DNA of 64,000 bases from Octopus vulgaris (Eukaryota), in contig OX597831.1 of NCBI GenBank assembly GCA_951406725.2, forward strand, positions 26,660,001-26,724,000, read 5' to 3'. The notes below the pieces were generated by a model. That model made no database searches, was not told the origin of the DNA, and was given only the letters and a program-made list of their open reading frames with translations. Below, piece after piece: positions 56,052 through 64,000 of this stretch. How positions within the stretch are numbered: the first letter of the stretch is position 1; each line of letters starts with the position of its first letter. The position numbers were made by a program, and so were the translations under genes.

Positions 56052-57945
56052 GGATAGCAAAAACTCGGAAAAGTGAACATCAGACGTGGAATATTCCAAG
56101 GTGATAGCTTATCTCCATTACTGTTTGTTTTGGCCATGACACCGCTCACTATGATACTACGTCAAGTTAAAATTGCTTAGGATTTGGTAAAAGGAAATGG
56201 TCAGATAAATCATCTCCTCTACATGGATGATATAAAGGGTCATGCGAAAAATGAGAAACAGCTTTAACGTCTTGTACACACTATCTGCATTTTCTCAAAT
56301 GACATAGGTATGAAATTTGGGATAGTTCGCCATATTGAAAATGAAACGAGGAAGATTTGAAAGAAGCCAGAGAATTGAAATGCCAAACAGTGAGAGCGGT
56401 TGAGAAAGGACAGTGGTATAAGTATTTGGGAATATTGGAAGCAGATGAGATAAAAGAATGAAGAAATGAAACAAATTACCAGTTGAGAGTACACAAGGAG
56501 TCAGAAAATTTTTGAAGGCAAAACTGAATTCCAAAAATCTTATTGAAGCAATAAATCCAAGAGCTGTACTCTTAATCAGATATGGAGTTGGAATGATAGA
56601 CTGAACCAGAAACGATATAAAGAAACTTTAGAGAAAAGCTAGGAAGTTGTTGATAATGTATAGAGATCGCCATCCGAAAGCTGATATCAACCGGCTGTAC
56701 TTGAGGAGAGACCAGTTTGAAAGAGGCTTAATAGCAGTAGGGGTTTAACAGCAGTGTACAGATGGAAAGAAAATGTCTAGTAGAGTATTTACAGAACAAC
56801 ATAGAAAAGCTACTAAAGGCAGTTAAGAAAGAACAGGTAATGAATCGCGTAATAGGAGAAAAGGACAAGAATGAAATACAAAGAGAACACGTCAGATAGA
56901 TCGAAGAGAAACATCTGTATGGCCAGTTTTGGAGAGCCACTGAAGACTGTGGAACAAAATCCTGGGCTTGGTTTAAAAGGGAGCAATTAAAGAAACAGAG
57001 ATCCTAGTTGTAGCAGCCCAATATCAAGCGATAAGGCGAGTTGGCAGAAACGTTAGCACGCCGGGCGAAATACGTAGCCGTATTTCGTCTGCCGTTACGT
57101 TGCGAGTTCAAATTCCGCCGAGGTCGACTTTGCCTTTCATCCTTTCGGGGTCAATAAATTAAGTACCAGTTACGCACTGGGGTCGATGTAATCGACTTAA
57201 TCCCTTTGTCTGTCCTTGTTTGTCCCCTCTATGTTTAGCCCCTTGTGGGCAATAAAGAAATAAATATGATGCGATAAAAACAAACAACTTGAGAAAAAAC
57301 ATATATGGAGAGAATGTGTCAGAAAAATGTAAGAGAACTTGGAACGAGACAATGGTACACATTGCGGCAGAATGCCCCGGGTTGTGAAAACTATTACACT
57401 GGAAACAGTGCCAGAAATATGGATTTGAAGCTGGAAATACATGGTACAATCATCGAGTCGATAGACTACTAAAGTAAGATTCTGTGGGACTTACCTCTTC
57501 AAACGGACAGGAAGTTAGAAAATAATAGACCAGATATTACAATCATAGATAAGGAAAAGCTAAGTTGCTTACTTATCGACCCCTCGTGCCCGTTTGATTC
57601 CAGGATCGTAAAGAAAGAGGAAGAAAAACAATAAAATACAATCCCTTGAAAATTTAAAATAGGAAGAATTTGGAGCATGCGAACAGTAGAGATCGTGCTT
57701 ATGATAATTGGAGCGTTGGGAACAGTAAGCCAAGACATAGACAAATGGTTGAAGGAGGCTGAAATAGAATGCCCGGTAGAGCTCCTACAGAAAGTTTGTC
57801 TCTTAGGGACGACAAAGATTATCAGGAGGATTCTAAGCACTTGAAAGACTGCCGAAAATGTGTGGATAGCAAAGGTTACAGGTAGAAATCCACTACCACA
57901 TAAAGCCTACCAGGAATAAGACCAAACTTGAGTTTTGTTTCTAAA
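56052..57945 (+). pseudogene. R4/Dong-like non-LTR element (RT plus restriction-like endonuclease), degenerate
   Basis: RRGIFQGDSLSPLLFVLAM, HLLYMDDIK, HIAAECP, ILWD..QTDRKLENNRPDI....LIDPSCPFD, IGALGTV, LQKVCLLGT; (AAT)n tail. Confidence 0.9.
57033..57262 (+). mobile_element. Full-length SINE B nested in the R4/Dong relic
   Basis: Head GGCGAGTTGGCAGAAACG to tail CTTGTGGGCAATAAAGAAATA. Confidence 0.9.
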
Positions 57946-57973
57946 ATAATAATAATAATAATAATAACAATAA

Positions 57974-58448
57974 TTTCATTTATTTGCCACAAGGGCGAAG
58001 GATGAAGGGGGATAATACGAAGACAGACATAAAGTGTGGGGGTTTACATATAATGAAGTGATAAAAAAAAGGAAAGAAATTAAGTATACACTGAAAAAGA
58101 AGGGACATATGCATAGTATACAAAGGTTAAAAAGAAAAGGTGTCGGGAGGATGACAGAGATGTAGCCCTCTAAGGGTAATCGAGGAACCCCACTATCTGA
58201 GATTTTCCTGAAACCCCAAGAGCACGTGCCCTCTCAAATTCTTTCTCTCCGACTCACAGCCACTTTTGCCATTTTCGCAATTTGCACCCATCTTTCAAGA
58301 AACTCACTCGAGGATAGCACTTGCCTCTCCACTCTCAATTTCCTTTTCAAGTGAAACTTGAAGAAGTCAATGAGAGCTCTATCAAAGAGGAATGTATCTG
58401 TCCTCATGCCTTTCAGCCTTGTCCACCAAACAATCTCTTTCACCACAA
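57974..58448 (-). pseudogene. Tx1/L1 LINE extreme 3' fragment
   Basis: VKEIVWWTRLKGMRTDTFLF..FFKFHLKRKLRVER homologous to 54800-54950; UTR ends GCCCTTGTGGCAAATAAATGAAA into (TTA)n. Confidence 0.88.
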
Positions 58449-59019
58449 TCCTTTCTAATATAGGCACAAGGCCTGAAATTTGAGCGGAGGGGACTAGTCG
58501 ATTATATCGACCCCAGTGTATCACTAGTACTTGATTTACCGACCCCGAAAGGATGAGTACTTGGTTTTATTCGGCTACAGTCAGCCATAGTGGGCATCAC
58601 ATAATAGAGATATTTTAAGTCCAGGGTTGCCTGTTCCCTAAACTTTCTAAAGTGAGAAAAGACCTTGCACAGAGACAGCCCCACACTCTAAACAACTTAC
58701 GCATTTGTCGAAAAAGAATTCGTCTACATCGCTGGATGTTACGCAAGTTTTCCTTCTCCTAGAGAGATGTCTAAACAAAGCCTGGAGGGGGGGGGCTGTC
58801 TCGTTCCCAGCTCTTGGATAACCGTGGACGCTATTGAGTTCAACCGTCCTTTGATACGTATTCTCTTTCGTTCTGGAAGGTGTCCAATGAAAACTATCCT
58901 CCTTGGTAAGGCTTGGTAAAGTTACCTGTTTAGTCGCCGAAGGCCCGATTATCCTACATACATACATACATACATACATACATACATACATACATACATA
59001 CATACAAACATAGAAATGC

Positions 59020-59550
59020 CTTGTAGGTGTTGAAATTCCAATGAAGGAGTCTTGGATCTAGATTAGAAACCGACTCTTTCGCTATTCGCAAAGTTTCGAA
59101 ATAAAACTAAATGATGACATACATATATACATACACACACACACATACATGCATACATAATACATACACACACATAAACACACACACATATACATACATA
59201 TACTTTGTTGATATTGAAATTCCAATGAAAGAGCCTTGGATCTAGGTTAGAAACTGGTTCCTTCTCTACTGGCAAGAAATCTTGAAATAAACTGAATGGC
59301 ATACATACAAACATTCATACTTACATACTTTCCAGAAGTTTATCATTTAAATATATCAGAGCATGTCTAGATATGCAACTATATGCTGTGAGAATACATA
59401 CATAAAACATACAAATCTGCACATATACATACATACATGCATACATACAAAAATACCCTGTTGATGTTGAAGTACCAAAGAACTTGGATCTAGATTAGAA
59501 ACCGGATCTTTCTCTATTGACAAGAAAGCTTGAAATAAAATGGAATAATG
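59020..59550 (+). repeat. Three diverged ~95-bp units separated by (TACA)n
   Basis: TTGAA(ATT)CCAA..CTTGGATCTAG(A/G)TTAGAAAC..GAAATAAA at ~59030, ~59213, ~59467. Confidence 0.8.
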
Positions 59551-60129
59551 GTATGCTTGCATACATACATACATACATACATACATACATACATACATAC
59601 ATACATAGATAGATAGATAGATACATACATACATACATACATACATACATACATACATACATACATACATACATACATACATACATACATACATACATAC
59701 ATAGATGGTGACTGTCAACTCCGTACGCAAGTATGACCATTACGAATAAATTATCTTATGATAGATTCTCAGGACAATGGTCGCCAGCACTGCCAGCTTT
59801 CGCAACACCACCAAGACTCTCTGCTACAAAGCTAAGTTGTCCACAGACAAGCCAGAGCAATATCTCCGGGTTCGCAATGAGGCGGGTGTAATTTCAGAAT
59901 TTCCTTTTCCTACAGAGATGTCTAAATAAAGACAAGTGGGTCTCTCACTTCCAGTTATTGCGTTGCCCCGTCGACTCCACTGAGTTCTTCCGCCCTTTGA
60001 CCGATTTGGTTTTTTCCGCTGCAGGGTGTCCGACGAGAACCACCCTCTTTATCAAGCAGGCTTGGTACAGTTTCCGGTTTAGTCACCAATGGTCCGACTA
60101 CGTGACATGCATTTATGCACAGACACACA

Positions 60130-60160
<31 letters not shown>

Positions 60161-60453
60161 GCGCGCACATAGATACCTATATATACACACAGACATGCAT
60201 GTATATCTACGGACACACAAATACGGAGGAACTCTCCCTCTCCCTCACACACATATTTAGATCCAAAATTAACAATGAGAATAACAATAAAGACGTAGGA
60301 GTGGCTGTGTGGTAAGTAGCTTGCTTACGAACCACATGGTTCCGAGTTCAGTCCCACTGCGTGGCACCTTGGGCTTTTGTCTTCTACTATAGCCTCGAGC
60401 CGACCAAAGCCTTTAGAGTGGATTTGGTAGACGGAAACTGAAAGAAGCCCGTC

Positions 60454-60539
<86 letters not shown>

Positions 60540-60671
60540 ATGTATATTATGTATGTATGTGTGTATACGTTTAGTAGGCAAAAGTTAAATAAATTCTGAA
60601 AAGATTTAACCGATAACTTCTTCAGCATTTGTCTAAGAACCACAAAACAATTAAACTCTTCCAAAATGTCA

Positions 60672-60744
<73 letters not shown>

Positions 60745-60747
60745 ATA

Positions 60748-61603
60748 CAGGGTACGATAGGTAAATTATCGCCATTTTATATTTTTAATTTCGCACATGT
60801 GCCTTGTTTGTTTTTTGATCTTCTCGACTACACAGTATTGTAGGATCAGCTGGGTACTGTCTGAAAAAAATAGCACCATGATGCAATTCACTCTGCTAGA
60901 AATTTGGAAGCCACATGCTGTACTGCCTGGCATTCGTGCCGGAAGCTCCAATGCGAACATTTCAGCGTGTTTGGATCTCGATCTGATGACAGTGCAATCT
61001 GAGGAGCTGTACCGAGTGATAAAAATCAAACATCCAGTCAACATCATGGTGTTTGGAGTGATCACTAGTGATGGCAACGTTATGCCTCCATTCATCTTCT
61101 CACACTCCACACGGAGGCCTACATCGAGTGGAGGACGTGGTACTGCCATGGATCAAGAGGCTGGCTGCTGGAAGACCCTATGTCTGGCAACAGGACTCTG
61201 TACTATGCAACACAAGCACGAGAACCCAGTCATAGTTGTCAGACAATTACCGCGACCACATCACCCCTTACATCTGGCCACCTAACTCCCCAGACTGCAA
61301 CCCCTTCATTACTATATGTGGGGCGCAGTTGAGCGAGAGACCAACAAAATTCCTTGTAACACCAAAGATGAACTGAATGCTGCATTCAGCAACTTAAACA
61401 AGGAGACTGTCCAGAAGAGTTGCAGGAGATTCCGAAGTCATCTGGAAGTTGTGGTTGAATCCAATGGTGATTTTATTGAATAAATTTACTCCTAGTATTT
61501 CAAGTTATTTTTATGCCGTTTTAGTAAACATGTGTTAAAATGAGATGCCACTATTATTTTCATTTTTGCCTAATTTAGACGACAGTTTATTCATTGCACT
61601 CTG
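60748..61603 (+). mobile_element. Internally deleted maT (Tc1/mariner superfamily) transposon
   Basis: TA-CAGGGT..ACTCTG-TA termini; KHPVNIMVFGVITSDGNVMPPFIF, QDS, WPPNSPDCNPLHYYMWGAVERETN with frameshifts. Confidence 0.9.
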
Positions 61604-61619
61604 TATATATACTCATGGA

Positions 61620-61990
61620 TATTGTGGCTACTTCCAATAGTTTCCAAACAGTATACTTAAAAGCACAATTAAACGAAACTCTGACCTGTTTAGAAAGAAA
61701 GAAATTTTTGACAAAGTCCTAAAGACTAATGGTCTTAAAGATAGGATTCAAAAAACAAAGAATAAAGTTGTAACAAGTTTTAGCCTCATCTTTCTCTCTT
61801 AATACCAAAACCAATATGACGATTTGTTTCAGCCTTAGGTGACTGTAAACTTTCAAAAAGACCACATATACTGGAAGTTAGTCAATCGTAACACAATCAA
61901 AGTCAGCTACAATTGCATACCCAATATTAAAAGTATCTGATTTGGCACTACTAAGGTTGAGAATAGAGGGTGCACATGAAGATTAGATAA
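61620..61990 (+). pseudogene. Penelope-like element ORF relic (RT to GIY-YIG linker)
   Basis: FQKDHIYWKLVNRNTIKVSYNCIPNIKSI matches the Penelope motif H.IFNRNTVKVSYSCMPN. Confidence 0.75.
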
Positions 61991-62086
61991 AGGACAATGT
62001 GAATTATATTTTCTTATTAGCGCTCTATACTCATCTAACACTGTTCGATAACATACGTATATTGGGATATATACATATATGTGCAT

Positions 62087-62314
62087 GGCGAACTGGCAGA
62101 CACGTTAGCACGCCGGGCGAAATGCTTAGCGGTATTTCGTCTGTCATTACCTTCTGAGTTCAAATTCCGCCGAGGTCGACTTTGTCTTTCATCCTTTCGA
62201 GGTCGATAAATTAAGTACCAGTTTCGCACTGGGGTCGATGTAATTAACTTAATCCGTTTGTCTGTCCTTGTTTGTCCCTTCTATGTTTAGCCCCTTGTGG
62301 GCAATAAAGAAATA
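62087..62314 (+). mobile_element. Full-length SINE B with TSD
   Basis: 17-bp TSD TATACATATATGTGCAT at 62070-62086 and 62315-62331. Confidence 0.9.
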
Positions 62315-62648
62315 TATACATATATGTGCATACGTAATTGGGGTATATACATGTAAATATATCAAGCCTGTAAGTTCATGAAGCGGGGGTTTTTTCCGCG
62401 TCTCCAAGAACCTTTGGGCTAACTGCACAAGTTTCCCCCGTAAATGGGGGGGGGGTCAATCCGTCGCGGTGGTAGGAGTAACACACAGCTACCGCTGGTA
62501 CTCTTTTCTTTCAAACGAATGGAGAATCGAACTCACGACTGAATGATCGTAAGCCTAACACCCAAATTGCAAGGTCATACGTCTTCATTTGAAACTGTAT
62601 ATATTTATGTTTTTGTATGTATATGTATACATAAACATGCTTATTTAT

Positions 62649-62681
<33 letters not shown>

Positions 62682-62682
62682 C

Positions 62683-62731
<49 letters not shown>

Positions 62732-62765
62732 TAGATAAGATAGATAGATAGATATATACATACAT

Positions 62766-62809
<44 letters not shown>

Positions 62810-63081
62810 TCACAGTACATATATACACCCTTCAATTACCATCAAGTCACATATCACCATCTTGTTTGATAATATATCCGGCCGGAAGTTAAACACAACT
62901 TCCGCTTAGTCGCACTAAATAGCTAATTTTTTTTTGCCTTGTTATATATATATTTTCGTTCATGTATTTATTATAGATTGTTGTTGTTTCTATATTTTTG
63001 TTGTTTTTATATATTGTTGATATTGTTGTTTGTATCTATTATTGTTGTGATTATATATTGTTGCATGTATGTGCGTTTGTT

Positions 63082-63398
<317 letters not shown>

Positions 63399-63629
63399 GC
63401 GCAATTATTACATGTGAGTTTAGTCGCCAATTCTCTGTGTTTCTTTGAAACCTTATATTTTTTACAAGGCTCAATTAGGGGAAGAAGGACCAACGCCCAT
63501 GAACTTTTCAGGGTCTCAGCATGTGGTAAGAGGAAGGAAGATATTCCCAAACAAGAACCCTGGCTCCAAAGAGCTTGCAACGGACTGAAACTGGACTCCC
63601 TTAAAGGCACCATGACACACAATGACCAG

Positions 63630-63727
63630 ATGGTGGTGGCAGTGGTGGTGGTGGTGGTGGTGGTGGTCGTGGTGGTGCTGGTAAATGTGGATCACAGTGG
63701 CGTTCGTGGCTGTGATAGTGGTGATGA

Positions 63728-63758
<31 letters not shown>

Positions 63759-64000
63759 GGCGGTGGCGGTGGTGATGATGATGGTGGTAATGGTGATGAT
63801 AGCGATGATGGTGATGATGGTTGCGGTAATAGATGGTGAGGGTACTGGTAGTATTGGTAGTAGTAGTGGTGGTGGTGGTGATGGTGTTTGTGATATTGTT
63901 GATGGTGGTGATGGTGGCGGCGGTGGTGATGATGATGGTGGTAATGGTGATGATGGCGATGATGGTGATGATGGTTGTGGTAATAGATGGTGAGGGTAAT
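63630..64000. repeat. (GGT/GAT)n low-complexity tract with internal duplication
   Basis: ~80-bp block ending GGTAATAGATGGTGAGGGTA occurs at ~63765-63844 and ~63918-63998. Confidence 0.9.

Overview
AT-rich, repeat-saturated eukaryotic (metazoan) non-coding DNA. The SINE families and extreme (TA)n/(CA)n/(TACA)n/(GATA)n load look like a coleoid cephalopod (Octopus-like) genome; this is recalled resemblance, not a search result. No intact host protein-coding gene can be supported, and almost all ORFs in the track are microsatellite or SINE artefacts. Recognisable content: (i) a young tandem non-autonomous LTR element with a shared 407-bp LTR, tRNA-Trp PBS and PPT (1-3337); (ii) dozens of copies of four tRNA-headed SINE families with swappable LINE-derived tails; (iii) LINE relics of Tx1/L1, R4/Dong-like (RLE), CR1, RTE and Penelope type; (iv) Tc1, mariner and maT transposase relics plus hAT and piggyBac MITEs; (v) a 3'-truncated U2 snRNA copy; (vi) about ten minimal hammerhead-ribozyme motifs, several inside fold-back palindromes. 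The most notable observations are the hammerhead set with family-level core variants and a SINE with a Tx1-type tail that inserts preferentially at GGTA(T/C), a motif present in its own sequence, building self-nested arrays.
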